The translations under genes were made by a program, and so were the position numbers. From NCBI GenBank assembly GCA_014191975.1, contig BJHG01000001.1:1224-65223 (forward strand): a stretch of DNA of 64,000 bases, written 5' to 3'. Origin of the DNA: Methylococcaceae bacterium (GTDB taxonomy: Bacteria; Pseudomonadota; Gammaproteobacteria; Methylococcales; Methylomonadaceae). Shown piece after piece: positions 20,840 through 30,802 of the stretch (its first letter is position 1; every line of letters starts with the position of its first letter). The notes below the pieces were generated by a model, which saw only the letters and a program-made list of their open reading frames with translations, did no database searches and had not been told where the DNA came from.

Positions 20840-21379
20840 ATGGAAACTAACGCTTATTTTGACAACATCCATACACATATTATTCAGGAATTTAAAAAAG
20901 GAAATTCCAATATAACGATTGCTGTTACCTGGCTTACAGATAATGAAATTTTCCAAGCACTTTGTCATCAAGCTAAATCCGGTATTACAGTTAGACTGGC
21001 ATTATTGGATGATGATATTAATCGTAAAAAATCGGGAATTCAGTTTCACAATTTAACTGACGCGGGAGGTGAATTGTATTGGATTCGTGCTAGTGATTCC
21101 GATAACATTATGCGCTTCAAATTTTGTATCATTGACCATCATAATGTTATTACTGGCTCATATAGTTGGATGCAAGAGAGCCGTGATAAACATGAAAATA
21201 TCGTGGTTGTCAGTAATGATTCTGAATTTGCTATGCAATATCTGGAATCTTTCAATACGCTTCTTCGTGAGCAGAATTATCTTACTGAGCCATCAAAAAA
21301 AGGTAAGGACCATATTACAAAGCGAGTAGCATTACTCGAAGAGATGATTAAAAAGGGGATTCTGATAATAAGCGTCTGA
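20840..21379 (+). CDS. PLD-like (DUF1669/Nuc-like) domain protein with degenerate HKD motif
   Basis: Family-typical ITIAVTWLTDNEIFQAL...ITGSYSW layout. The HxK(x)4D position reads MRFKFCIID, i.e. Arg where the catalytic His is expected. It probably forms one gene with the next ORF (see findings). Confidence 0.6.
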   Translation: METNAYFDNIHTHIIQEFKKGNSNITIAVTWLTDNEIFQALCHQAKSGITVRLALLDDDINRKKSGIQFHNLTDAGGELYWIRASDSDNIMRFKFCIIDHHNVITGSYSWMQESRDKHENIVVVSNDSEFAMQYLESFNTLLREQNYLTEPSKKGKDHITKRVALLEEMIKKGILIISV

Positions 21380-21384
21380 TTGCT

Positions 21385-21981
21385 TTGTTTTTAACTTACC
21401 GTGATTTGACGACAAAGACCCTGAATCGTTTTTATCCATGGGATTCTGAATTATTAGGACAACTCCCTGAAACTTGGGATTGGTGGGAATTATCACGTAA
21501 CGCTGTCATAAAATGGGACGCTGAACTGATTGAACGATATAAAACTAAGTGGCATTGGCAAGCGTTATCCAGTAACGAAATTATACCTTGGAATGCCACA
21601 CTTATTGAGCGTTATAAAGATCGCTGGGATTGGGTATGGTTGTCAAGTAACAAAGCTCTACCATGGACAATAGGGCTTATTGAACGCTATAAAGATCGCT
21701 GGGATTGGGATAAATTGTCCAGTAACAAAAATCTTCAATCGGATGTAGAATTAATTGAACGCTATAAACATTATTGGAATTGGGAACGGCTATCATGCAA
21801 TGAAGGACTTCCTTGGAGCGTCAGTTTACTAGAGCTATATCAATCAGAATTTCTTAGAGCAAGCGAAGGATCGGTACTTTTTTGGACAACAAATATCTTC
21901 CCTTTTTTCCAGCCAATTTCACGGGAAACTGTTTTAGAAATTTGCAAAAAGATTTCAAGCAACCAACGAAACAAAACATGA
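21385..21981 (+). CDS. Trp-rich 28-residue tandem-repeat protein (LRR-like), probably the C-terminal part of the preceding gene
   Basis: Five to six units of W.W..LS.N..LPW...LIERYKD.W, e.g. LIERYKDRWDWVWLSSNKALPW / LIERYKDRWDWDKLSSNKNLQS. Only a TTG start is available, and the frame is open upstream back to 21352. Confidence 0.5.
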   Translation: MFLTYRDLTTKTLNRFYPWDSELLGQLPETWDWWELSRNAVIKWDAELIERYKTKWHWQALSSNEIIPWNATLIERYKDRWDWVWLSSNKALPWTIGLIERYKDRWDWDKLSSNKNLQSDVELIERYKHYWNWERLSCNEGLPWSVSLLELYQSEFLRASEGSVLFWTTNIFPFFQPISRETVLEICKKISSNQRNKT

Positions 21982-22032
21982 ATTTAAGACACCTCAATTT
22001 TTCAATTACACTATTTATCATTTGTTAATTTA

Positions 22033-23283
22033 ATGCAAATCCATTTAAAAACATTAGGTTGTCGTTTAAACGAAGCCGAATTAGAAACATGGGCACAAGC
22101 CTTTCAAGCGAAAGGTCACGCAATTACACGAGACATCACCAGAGCCCAACTAGTCGTTATTAATTCCTGTGCCGTGACACAAGATGCTGCCAGAAAATCC
22201 CGTCAATTGATTCGTCGAATTCACCGTGAAAATCCCCATGCAAAATTAGTGGTTAGCGGCTGTTACGCCACCTTAAATACCACTGAAGCACAAGCTCTTT
22301 TAGGTGTTGATTTAGTTGTGAGTAACAAAGATAAAGCCAATTTAGTTGAAAAATCTTTAAGCGAATTAACGTTTGAAAGTATGCCAGAAATGGCAACTGA
22401 ACCTGCCGAAATTGCATTATTTACACGCGGCCGCCAACGTGCTTTTGTGAAAGTACAAGATGGTTGTCGCTATCGTTGCACGTTTTGTATCGTCACAGTC
22501 GCAAGAGGCGACGAAGTCAGTCGCTCCATTACAGACGTAATTACTGAAATTAAAGCTTTGCACATGCAAGGTATTAAAGAAGTGATTTTAACGGGTGTAC
22601 ATTTAGGGGGGTACGGCAGTGATAATGGTGAAAATATCGTGTCATTGATTCAAGCTATTTTGTCAAAAACTGACATTCCACGCTTACGCTTAGGCTCACT
22701 TGAACCTTGGGAATTAAACGATGAATTTTTTACATTATTTGAAAATCCACGTTTGATGCCACATTTACACTTGCCGTTACAAAGTGGTTCAGATGCAGTT
22801 TTACGCAGAATGGCACGTCGTTGTAAAATCGAAGAATATGCAAAAATGTTAGAACGTTTGCGAAGACAAATACCGCTTTTCAATATTACGACTGACATCA
22901 TCGTAGGATTTCCGAATGAAACGGAAGATGAATGGCTCGAAAGTATTGAATTTATTAAAAAATGTGGTTTTGGACATATTCACATTTTTACTTATTCACC
23001 ACGAGAAGGCACAAAAGCTGCAACATTGCCAAATCCTGTTCCATATGAGATTAAAAAACAACGCAGTGAACAGCTACACCGGTTAGCGGAAGAAATGAAA
23101 TACAATTTTTATACGCAAAATCTTGGGCAAACCTTTTCAGTGCTTTGGGAAGGACAGCGTGATAAATTAGAAGATGGTCACGTGCGTGTATTTGGTTACA
23201 CACCACATTATTTACGTGTTTCATGTGACGTTGATGCCACCAAATCGTTAGAAAATAAAATCACCGATTTTTTAATAGCTTAA
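22033..23283 (+). CDS. mtaB: Radical-SAM methylthiotransferase, MtaB-like (MiaB/RimO family)
   Basis: N-terminal UPF0004 cysteines (LGCRLNEAE..NSCAV..SGC), a radical SAM CRYRCTFC motif and a C-terminal TRAM-like region. Its 416-aa size fits MtaB. Confidence 0.75.
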   Translation: MQIHLKTLGCRLNEAELETWAQAFQAKGHAITRDITRAQLVVINSCAVTQDAARKSRQLIRRIHRENPHAKLVVSGCYATLNTTEAQALLGVDLVVSNKDKANLVEKSLSELTFESMPEMATEPAEIALFTRGRQRAFVKVQDGCRYRCTFCIVTVARGDEVSRSITDVITEIKALHMQGIKEVILTGVHLGGYGSDNGENIVSLIQAILSKTDIPRLRLGSLEPWELNDEFFTLFENPRLMPHLHLPLQSGSDAVLRRMARRCKIEEYAKMLERLRRQIPLFNITTDIIVGFPNETEDEWLESIEFIKKCGFGHIHIFTYSPREGTKAATLPNPVPYEIKKQRSEQLHRLAEEMKYNFYTQNLGQTFSVLWEGQRDKLEDGHVRVFGYTPHYLRVSCDVDATKSLENKITDFLIA

Positions 23284-23322
23284 AATCGATCGATTAAAAA
23301 CGACCACGTTCCAGATAGTTGT

Positions 23323-23754
23323 TCAAAATAAATCCGTAATGGTTTCTTGCATCGTTTTTTCTAAATTACGTTTTGGTACATCAACCATTTTGTCGGTGCT
23401 CGGTTTGGTAACTGGAATAGCACTTGGCTTGAAATCACCTTGAATACTTTTAACTTGATCATTTTCAAAAAAAATAGAAATTGTTTTTTGTTCAAGATCG
23501 GTGCCACTTTTTTTCGACGAATAAATATAATCCCAACGATTTTGGTGGAAGTAATCCACTAACATCGGTGTCCCCATAATATATAAAATCTGGCGTTTAG
23601 TCATATTTGGTCGCAGTTGATCAATCATCGACTGATCAATCATATTACCTTGATTCACGTCTATTTTATAAACATAAGGCAAATGATCTAAAACCAAGGA
23701 GCAAGACATCAGCGGCATACTGAAGATACTTAAAAATAAAATTGTTTTTCGCAT
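23323..23754 (-). CDS. bamE: Outer membrane protein assembly factor BamE (SmpA/OmlA)
   Basis: Lipoprotein signal MRKTILFLSIFSMPLMSC followed by DVNQGNMIDQSMIDQLRPNMTKRQILYIMGTP. It is divergent from fur, as in many gammaproteobacteria. The internal ATG at 23754 is preferred. Confidence 0.85.
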   Translation of the reverse strand: MRKTILFLSIFSMPLMSCSLVLDHLPYVYKIDVNQGNMIDQSMIDQLRPNMTKRQILYIMGTPMLVDYFHQNRWDYIYSSKKSGTDLEQKTISIFFENDQVKSIQGDFKPSAIPVTKPSTDKMVDVPKRNLEKTMQETITDLF

Positions 23755-23878
23755 TAGAGATACTTCAAATGGGTAAAGAATAGCTTGAATTCTACGGGAT
23801 TTGATTGAAACAGTCATGCGCTTAAGCTAAAAAAAACGTTACAATATGGATAATGAAACTTATTAAGAGTATACGATC

Positions 23879-24310
23879 GTGCAAAATCAAGAAAACATCG
23901 AACTCAAAAATGCGGGATTAAAAGTCACGGTGCCGCGCATGAAAATTTTACATCTTTTAGAAAAACAGGTAACTAAGCGTCATTTTTCAGCCGAAGACAT
24001 TTATAAAATTTTATTGTTTGAAAACGAAGATATTGGACTAGCCACGGTTTATCGGGTTTTAACGCAATTTGAAGCAGCGGGGTTAGTAACACGTCACCAT
24101 TTTGAAAGTGGAAATTCCGTCTTTGAACTCGATAACGGTGGACATCACGACCATTTAGTGTGCGTAAAATGCGGGAAAGTCGATGAATTCCAAGATGAAT
24201 TTATCGAAAAACGCCAAAACGAAATCGCCGACAGATTGGGTTATGAGCTCACTGATCACAATTTTTATCTTTACGGTTTTTGTGGCGAATGTCGCAAACT
24301 GAAAGCCTAA
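23879..24310 (+). CDS. fur: Ferric uptake regulator Fur
   Basis: LKNAGLKVTVPRMKILHLLE..., HHDHLVC.KCGKV and CGEC metal-site motifs. Confidence 0.93.
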   Translation: MQNQENIELKNAGLKVTVPRMKILHLLEKQVTKRHFSAEDIYKILLFENEDIGLATVYRVLTQFEAAGLVTRHHFESGNSVFELDNGGHHDHLVCVKCGKVDEFQDEFIEKRQNEIADRLGYELTDHNFYLYGFCGECRKLKA

Positions 24311-24331
24311 CCACTCTCAAAAAAATTATTC

Positions 24332-25579
24332 ATGTTTAAACCCCTTATTTTTTACATAGGCTTGCGTTACACACGGGCAAAACGCCGTACTCAGTTCATT
24401 TCATTTATTACATTGACTTCAGTTTTAGGTATCGCACTCGGTGTCACTGCGTTAATTACAGTTTTATCCGTAATGAATGGTTTTGAATCGGAATTGCGTG
24501 AACGTATTTTGGGCATGACTTCGCACGCCACCGTCACAGGACAATCCGGTCAGCTCGATAATTGGCAGGAGCTTGATCAGCGTTTAGTTGGTTATCCACA
24601 CATTCAAGGCACCGCACCTTTTATCAACGGGCAAGTTATGATTAACGCCGATCGTCGTGTAAGCGGCACGATGTTAAGTGGTATTTTGCCTGAAAATGAA
24701 GCAAAAGTTTCTGAAGTTGCCGCCAAAATGAAAGAAGGTAAATTGACAGATTTAGTGCCTGGTGAATATGGCATTATTTTGGGTTTGGAATTGGCAAATT
24801 ATTTGGGCGTTGTCGTTGGTGACAAAATCACTGTCATCAGCCCGCAAGTGAATTCAACACCTGCGGGCGTTGTACCAAGAATGCGTCGATTTACAATTAT
24901 CGGAACATTCCAAGTGGGAATGTATGAATACGACCGAAATATGGCGTTAATTCACCTCGACGATGCAGCAAAATTATTTCGTTTAGATTCGGCTGTTTCA
25001 GGTTTGCGGATTAAATTAGATGATTTATTCAACGCACCTAAAATTACGCACGAATTATCACAAGCCCTCTACAATAATTATTACGTCAGTGATTGGACTC
25101 TTGCACACAGCAACTTCTTCCGTGCGATTCAAACTGAAAAAACAGTGATGTTTATTATTTTGTTACTGATTGTTGCCGTTGCGGCATTTAACATTGTTTC
25201 GACATTGGTGATGGTTGTAACAGATAAACGCGGTGATATTGCGATTTTAAAAACACAAGGTTTAACCGCGCCGGCAGTGATGGGTATTTTTATGGTTTTA
25301 GGTGCCGTTATTGGTGCAGTTGGGACGATTATCGGTACTGTTTTTGGTATTATTTTAGCGTTAAATGTTGAAACAATTGTGCCTGCGATTGAAAAATTAT
25401 TTCACGTTCAATTTATGGCGGCAGATGTGTATTACATTAGTGAATTGCCATCAAAATTAGTATGGACAGACGTGTATTCAATTGCTGGACTGGCATTTTT
25501 CTTGTCGCTTTTAGCGACAATTTACCCAGCGTGGCAAGCCGCGAAAGTTAATCCTGCCGAGGTATTGCGTTATGAGTAA
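24332..25579 (+). CDS. Lipoprotein-releasing ABC transporter permease (LolC/LolE family)
   Basis: 415 aa. MacB-like periplasmic domain between TM1 and TM2, and a C-terminal FtsX domain. It lies upstream of and overlaps lolD. Only one permease gene is present at this locus. Confidence 0.88.
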   Translation: MFKPLIFYIGLRYTRAKRRTQFISFITLTSVLGIALGVTALITVLSVMNGFESELRERILGMTSHATVTGQSGQLDNWQELDQRLVGYPHIQGTAPFINGQVMINADRRVSGTMLSGILPENEAKVSEVAAKMKEGKLTDLVPGEYGIILGLELANYLGVVVGDKITVISPQVNSTPAGVVPRMRRFTIIGTFQVGMYEYDRNMALIHLDDAAKLFRLDSAVSGLRIKLDDLFNAPKITHELSQALYNNYYVSDWTLAHSNFFRAIQTEKTVMFIILLLIVAVAAFNIVSTLVMVVTDKRGDIAILKTQGLTAPAVMGIFMVLGAVIGAVGTIIGTVFGIILALNVETIVPAIEKLFHVQFMAADVYYISELPSKLVWTDVYSIAGLAFFLSLLATIYPAWQAAKVNPAEVLRYE

Positions 25580-26240
25580 GCTAATTTTGGAATGCAAAAA
25601 CTTGGTGAAACGCTACGGCGATTTAGATGTTGACGTTTTAAAAGGCGTGGATTTAGAAATCACAGTGGGCGAGCGTGTGGCAATTATGGGCGCATCTGGT
25701 TCGGGTAAAAGTACGTTATTACATTTGCTCGGTGGTTTAGACAAAGCCACGAGTGGTGAAGTCATTTTGAATGACGTGAATTTAAATCAAGTGAATGGCA
25801 CAAAGTTAGCTCGATTACGCAATAAATCCTTAGGTTTTATCTATCAATCGCATCATTTATTGGGCGAATTTACCGTGTTAGAAAATGTCGCGATGCCATT
25901 ATTGATTGGCGGCGAATCAGTGAAAAATGCTCAAGTTCGGGCGACAAAATTATTAAAACGTGTCGGTTTGGGACATCGAATTGAACATAAACCAGGTGAA
26001 CTTTCAGGTGGTGAACGCCAACGTGCAGCAGTCGCACGAGCTTTAATCAACGAGCCTGCTCTTGTTTTAGCTGATGAACCGACAGGGAATTTGGACAGCA
26101 AAACGGCTGAATCCGTTTATCAGTTGATGCTGGAATTAAATCAAGAATTGCAGGTGAGTTTTTTGGTTGTGACGCATGATCACGATTTGGCGTCGAAATT
26201 GGGAAAAGTGCTGCACATGGAAGATGGGCTAATTATTTAA
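25572..26240 (+). CDS. lolD: Lipoprotein-releasing ABC transporter ATP-binding protein LolD
   Basis: Walker [10 protein letters not shown], signature LSGGERQR, Walker [13 protein letters not shown]. Confidence 0.92.
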   Translation: MSKLILECKNLVKRYGDLDVDVLKGVDLEITVGERVAIMGASGSGKSTLLHLLGGLDKATSGEVILNDVNLNQVNGTKLARLRNKSLGFIYQSHHLLGEFTVLENVAMPLLIGGESVKNAQVRATKLLKRVGLGHRIEHKPGELSGGERQRAAVARALINEPALVLADEPTGNLDSKTAESVYQLMLELNQELQVSFLVVTHDHDLASKLGKVLHMEDGLII

Positions 26241-26263
26241 TCCCACAATCGATAAAAGCGATT

Positions 26264-27235
26264 ATGAAAAAAATTTTAGTGGTTTTTACTGGTGGCACAA
26301 TTGGTTCGAGTATTTATAACGGTGTGATTAACACAGACGAAAACACGTCTTTTTTATTGTTAGCGCAATTTAAACAACGCTATCCAAATGCTGACGTGAC
26401 GTTTTCAACGTTGCAACCGTATCAAATTTTAAGTGAAAATCTTTCCCCAAAAGTGTGGACAACATTAATTTCCGCGATTGAAAACGCGACTCCAGAAAAC
26501 TACGACGGCATTATTGTCACACATGGAACAGACACCCTAGCATATACATCAGCGGCGTTAGGGTTTTATTTTAATGCGCTCAACGTGCCAATTTTTCTCG
26601 TTTCAAGCTATCTTCCTTTAAGCGATGAAAACACAAATGGCTTAGATAATTTTAGCTTTGCTATTGAAAAAATTACGACTGGAAATTTAACTGGCGTTTT
26701 TGCGCCTTATCGAAATCCGTCAGAAAAATTTGTGGCATTACATTCTGCAACACGATTAACGTGTTCGCCGCAATTAAGCAGTAATTTTTTTAGCATGGAA
26801 AATGTGGCTTTAGTTCCCAGAATAGTTTCAAGCGCAGCTCTCAAACCGCAATTTTCAGAGCGCATTTTACTAATTAAGCCCTACCCTGCTTTGAATTATG
26901 ATTATTTTGATTTAATGAATGTTGATGCGGTTTTACACGATTTGTATCATTCTGGTACAGCTTGTACGACATTAGAATGGGGCGAAAATCATTCATTGTT
27001 AGCGTTTATAAAACGCTGTCAAATGCAAAAAGTAGAAATTTATCTCGCGCCAATTTCCAACTCAAATGATACGTATCAATCGACGTTAGAATTAGTAAAT
27101 AGTGGTGTGACGATACTTTGGAATATAACAATTGAAGCGGCTTATGTGAAATTGTCATTGGCTTATAGCAACTTTACTGACAAAACAGCCATCATTTCAT
27201 TTATGCAGCAAAATTTGGCTAGTGAATATATTTAA
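26264..27235 (+). CDS. L-asparaginase-family protein (type I-like)
   Basis: ILVVFTGGTIGS and VTHGTDTLAYTS active-site motifs of the asparaginase/glutaminase family. Confidence 0.75.
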   Translation: MKKILVVFTGGTIGSSIYNGVINTDENTSFLLLAQFKQRYPNADVTFSTLQPYQILSENLSPKVWTTLISAIENATPENYDGIIVTHGTDTLAYTSAALGFYFNALNVPIFLVSSYLPLSDENTNGLDNFSFAIEKITTGNLTGVFAPYRNPSEKFVALHSATRLTCSPQLSSNFFSMENVALVPRIVSSAALKPQFSERILLIKPYPALNYDYFDLMNVDAVLHDLYHSGTACTTLEWGENHSLLAFIKRCQMQKVEIYLAPISNSNDTYQSTLELVNSGVTILWNITIEAAYVKLSLAYSNFTDKTAIISFMQQNLASEYI

Positions 27236-27269
27236 CAAATTGTAAAAGTTGAAAATTAAACTGACACAA

Positions 27270-27304
27270 TTACGCCGCTTAATTTTTCAATTGAAGCGGC
27301 GTAA
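27270..27304. terminator. Bidirectional hairpin between convergent genes
   Basis: ttacgccgctt-aatttttcaatt-aagcggcgtaa is a perfect 11-bp stem flanked by A/T-rich sequence. Confidence 0.7.
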
Positions 27305-27336
27305 TATTTTAAAGATTTTTTAGAGCGAGGCTTAAT

Positions 27337-27732
27337 TTAGTGTGCCGCGTCGTAAATGTCTCTCATTTCTTTTATCTGAACCAGAGCTGCTTTCATAGAA
27401 AGACCCGCTTCTGGCATATTGTCACCTGTTGCAAGTTCGCGCGCTGCACTCAATTTGTCGTTCAATTTTTGACGTAAACGTTCAGTTTGTTCATAACGGA
27501 ATTCTTTTTGTGCTTGACGTGCTTCAGAAACAGCTGCAAGAAATGTTGCTTTATCGCCGGCTTTGTCAGCAATCGCAATCGCTTCCTCAATTTTTGTTTT
27601 TGTTAAATCCGCTGCGGCTTTTACAACGATGTTTAAGTCTTTGTGTGCTTCAGCTGCAAATACAGGTGCAGAAACCGCTGAAAATGCCGCAATAATAGCG
27701 GTTGATAAAACGATTTTTTTAAAAATGTTCAT
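27337..27732 (-). CDS. Secreted all-helical hypothetical protein
   Basis: Has a signal peptide MNIFKKIVLSTAIIAAFSAVSAPVFA and an Ala/Lys/Glu-rich helical mature part. I recognise no family. Confidence 0.55.
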   Translation of the reverse strand: MNIFKKIVLSTAIIAAFSAVSAPVFAAEAHKDLNIVVKAAADLTKTKIEEAIAIADKAGDKATFLAAVSEARQAQKEFRYEQTERLRQKLNDKLSAARELATGDNMPEAGLSMKAALVQIKEMRDIYDAAH

Positions 27733-27933
27733 TGAGTTCCTTAAAATGTAAAAGATGTGGATTTTTCTTTAACCTACTTTTAATTATAAACTTAGGTAAA
27801 GTACATTATACGCAACCATCACAGAAAAAAAAGTGTTGATTCAAGGTTTATCAATGTTATCAACAATTGGACAAACATAAAAAGTTCCGTAGAATGACTC
27901 CAATTAAAACTTTAGCGAATTAACTCATTTTTC

Positions 27934-28935
27934 ATGCCACTAAAAACAATCCTTATAAAACGATTACTCTTGTCTGTAACTCTTTTGTTGCTGGCGGTAG
28001 CGTTATTTTATGGGTGTTTAGAAAATATAACAATTGTCGATATATCGAGTGGTTTTTCACATCCATTACAAGGCTGGGATCATCTTATTACGATGTTGGC
28101 GGTTGGTATTTGGGCAGCACAATTACGCGGCAAGGCGATTTGGCTGCTACCACTAACGTTTGTTAGCGTGATGAGCTTGGGTGGTATTTCAGGTGCCGCA
28201 CAGTATTTAGGGGTTCCCAGCGCAGAAATTCTGATTTTATTATCGTGTGTTGTTTTTAGCATTTTAATTATTCGTAAAGTGCGTTTTGATACCAAAATAA
28301 ACGTGTTAATTGTGGCATTTTTCGCATTTTTTCACGGTTACGCCCACGGGCAAGAAATTTCAACTTCCGCTAGCTTAATTTCTTACACGATTGGTTTTAT
28401 GTTTGCCACGTTGCTATTACACGGCGCAGGAATTTTAGTGGCGAAAGTTATTTTACTCTCCATTACATTTTTCATTGCACAAGCCTTAAGCATTGTCATT
28501 CCAACAGAATCAACACAAATCGTTACGGCAAGTTATTCACAAATCGCAAACAAAGACTTCGAACAACTCAAAACAGTATCGATTGAAAAACCGCCGCTAA
28601 TAAATTATTCGCAGCAATGGCTCACTTTATCACCACCGATTGAATCAATTTTGCAGTTTTTTACACGTGTAAAAAACTATTTCGTTTGGTGTGACGTTTT
28701 TTTGTTCGTTTTTTCAATTTCGCAATTTGTTTGTTACGTTTTTTATATAAAACAACGACGTGATTTTTTACCATTCCTCGCTCATTCGTTGTTTCAATTG
28801 TCACTTTATCCCTTAACGTTCCTCGCGTTTTCACATTCTAAATTTTTATCGCATCTCTCGATTTTTTATCGATATTTTTTCGTGCGCTCAAATTTTTTAG
28901 TTTTTCTGCCAACATTGACAACGAAATCTCTCTAA
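27934..28935 (+). CDS. HupE/UreJ-family (Ni/Co transporter-like) membrane protein with an anomalous ~145-codon Phe-rich C-terminal extension
   Basis: GFSHPLQGWDHLITMLAVGIWAA and FHGYAHGQE are HupE/UreJ hallmarks within the first ~185 aa. The rest of the ORF runs through T-rich sequence up to 4 nt before tonB. Confidence 0.7.
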   Translation: MPLKTILIKRLLLSVTLLLLAVALFYGCLENITIVDISSGFSHPLQGWDHLITMLAVGIWAAQLRGKAIWLLPLTFVSVMSLGGISGAAQYLGVPSAEILILLSCVVFSILIIRKVRFDTKINVLIVAFFAFFHGYAHGQEISTSASLISYTIGFMFATLLLHGAGILVAKVILLSITFFIAQALSIVIPTESTQIVTASYSQIANKDFEQLKTVSIEKPPLINYSQQWLTLSPPIESILQFFTRVKNYFVWCDVFLFVFSISQFVCYVFYIKQRRDFLPFLAHSLFQLSLYPLTFLAFSHSKFLSHLSIFYRYFFVRSNFLVFLPTLTTKSL

Positions 28936-28939
28936 TTTT

Positions 28940-29713
28940 ATGGACGCAACAAAAACAACTTTTACAGGTTATCCCATTTTTGAACCCTCAAAACAAGAGC
29001 TCGAAAAATCACGTTGGCGCGGCGCGTTAATGCTAGGAATCGTTGTTACTTTGCATACTGTATTAACGTTGTATCTTTTGAATTCATCAGAAAATGAACC
29101 CAAAAAATCACCTACAATTATGGCAGTGGAAATGTTGACATTGCCAAAACCTATCCTCAAAGAGCAGCCACTTTTGCTACCTGCTGTGAAACCTGTGGTG
29201 AAAAAAGAAATCGTGAAGCCTCAGCCAATTGTAAAACCAGTGCCTGTGAAACAAATCACACCACCAAAACCCGTTTTACAACCGAGAATTTTAACGACGG
29301 CTCCTGAAAATGCCCAAGTGAGTATTCCAAAATTTGAAACTGCGCCAAATTTCACACCTGCCGTACCTGCTCAAACGGTTACAAAAACTGTTGAAACTTC
29401 ATCAACAAGTAATGAAATTTCTGCAAGTTCAGGTGGAACCTGTGAAAACTGTGGCAGCATCGAAAAACGTTTGCAACGTCGTTATGCACGCCGAAATTTT
29501 ACGGGCTTGGTGTCGTTTATTTTCATAATTAACGAAAATGGAAAAGTACAAAATGCCAGTGTCAAAAGCTCTGAACCTTTAGATATGTTCGACGAGGATG
29601 TCATTTCTGAAATCAAAGAAAGTTTGATTGAAATGGAATTCGTTCCAAAAACCGTGAATGGAAAAGCCGTGAGTTTTAAAGGTGCAAAAACAATTAAATT
29701 TCAACCTTCATAA
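28940..29713 (+). CDS. tonB: Energy transducer TonB
   Basis: N-terminal TM anchor, a Pro/Lys/Val-rich spacer (KPVVKKEIVKPQPIVKPVPVKQITPPKPV) and a C-terminal TonB domain. It is followed by exbB and exbD. Confidence 0.85.
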   Translation: MDATKTTFTGYPIFEPSKQELEKSRWRGALMLGIVVTLHTVLTLYLLNSSENEPKKSPTIMAVEMLTLPKPILKEQPLLLPAVKPVVKKEIVKPQPIVKPVPVKQITPPKPVLQPRILTTAPENAQVSIPKFETAPNFTPAVPAQTVTKTVETSSTSNEISASSGGTCENCGSIEKRLQRRYARRNFTGLVSFIFIINENGKVQNASVKSSEPLDMFDEDVISEIKESLIEMEFVPKTVNGKAVSFKGAKTIKFQPS

Positions 29714-29729
29714 ATAATTAGGAAAAAAA

Positions 29730-30380
29730 ATGACCGACTCAATTACCCATCTCGTTATCAACCTTACGTTTTATACGTTGATGGTTTTCTCCGTGCTGAC
29801 GTGGACGATGATTTTTTACAAAATTTGGCAATTTATGGCGAATAATCGTCAAAACAACGTATTTAATGAAGCATTTTGGAATACACAAAATATCGAACAC
29901 GCGCGGCGTTTACCTGACGAAATTTACAAAGGTACACAATCCCATTTGGCGTATGAAGGTTTGTTTTGGTTGGACGAATATCAACGTTTGCGAGGAAAAA
30001 GTTTTAAATACGCGGGCAATCCAAACGAATTACTTGAGCACGCTTTGCGTGGACAATTGCAAAAAGAACAACACACGCTCGAAAGCGGTTTGACCTTACT
30101 AGCAAGTATTGGCAGCACCGCGCCATTTGTGGGTTTATTTGGTACGGTGATGGGAATTATGCACGCGATGCACGACGTTACTGAAAGCGGATCAACCAGT
30201 TTAGATGTTGTCGCTGGACCAATCGGTGATGCGCTTGTTGCGACGGCAATTGGTATCGCCGTCGCAGTGCCTGCGGTGTTAGCGTACAACTTCTTTTTAC
30301 GTCGCGTGAAATTACAACGGATGCAACTCGAAAGTTTTGTCGCACATTTCTTGCTCGTCGCTGATTTGCCGAAGGATTAG
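29730..30380 (+). CDS. exbB: MotA/TolQ/ExbB proton-channel protein ExbB
   Basis: LASIGSTAPFVGLFGTVMGIM...GDALVATAIGIAVAVPA, in tonB-exbB-exbD context. Confidence 0.88.
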   Translation: MTDSITHLVINLTFYTLMVFSVLTWTMIFYKIWQFMANNRQNNVFNEAFWNTQNIEHARRLPDEIYKGTQSHLAYEGLFWLDEYQRLRGKSFKYAGNPNELLEHALRGQLQKEQHTLESGLTLLASIGSTAPFVGLFGTVMGIMHAMHDVTESGSTSLDVVAGPIGDALVATAIGIAVAVPAVLAYNFFLRRVKLQRMQLESFVAHFLLVADLPKD

Positions 30381-30388
30381 GAGGTTTT

Positions 30389-30799
30389 ATGGCTTTTAAA
30401 TCACAATCCGAAGATCAAAGTGTGATGAGTGAAATCAACGTCACACCACTTGTGGACGTGATGTTGGTGTTAGTGATTATTCTGCTTGTGACCGCGCCAT
30501 TGTTGACGCAATCTGTGCAAGTAAAATTACCGAAAACCACCGAAACCATTGCCGATACGCAAGCTCAACCTTTACAACTCGGTATCGATGCACAAGGCAC
30601 AATTACGCTGAATAAAAATTTGATTTCAGATTTAGCGACGTTAGAAACCGCGTTGAAAGCAGAACAATACAAGAATCCAGAAGTTAATGTTAATTTATAT
30701 GCTGATCAGGCGGTTATTTATTCCAAAGTTGCTGAGGTCATAGCGACGATTAGTCATTCTGGAATTTCTAAAATTGGCTTTGAGAGTATTGAGCAATAA
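30389..30799 (+). CDS. exbD: Biopolymer transport protein ExbD
   Basis: MSEINVTPLVDVMLVLVIILLVTAPL is the ExbD/TolR family signature. Confidence 0.88.
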   Translation: MAFKSQSEDQSVMSEINVTPLVDVMLVLVIILLVTAPLLTQSVQVKLPKTTETIADTQAQPLQLGIDAQGTITLNKNLISDLATLETALKAEQYKNPEVNVNLYADQAVIYSKVAEVIATISHSGISKIGFESIEQ

Positions 30800-30802
30800 A
30801 AA

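Noticed and set aside
24332-26240. A single LolC/E-type permease gene with lolD (LolF-like homodimeric arrangement?)
   Set aside because: A second permease gene may simply be encoded elsewhere. This cannot be judged from one window.
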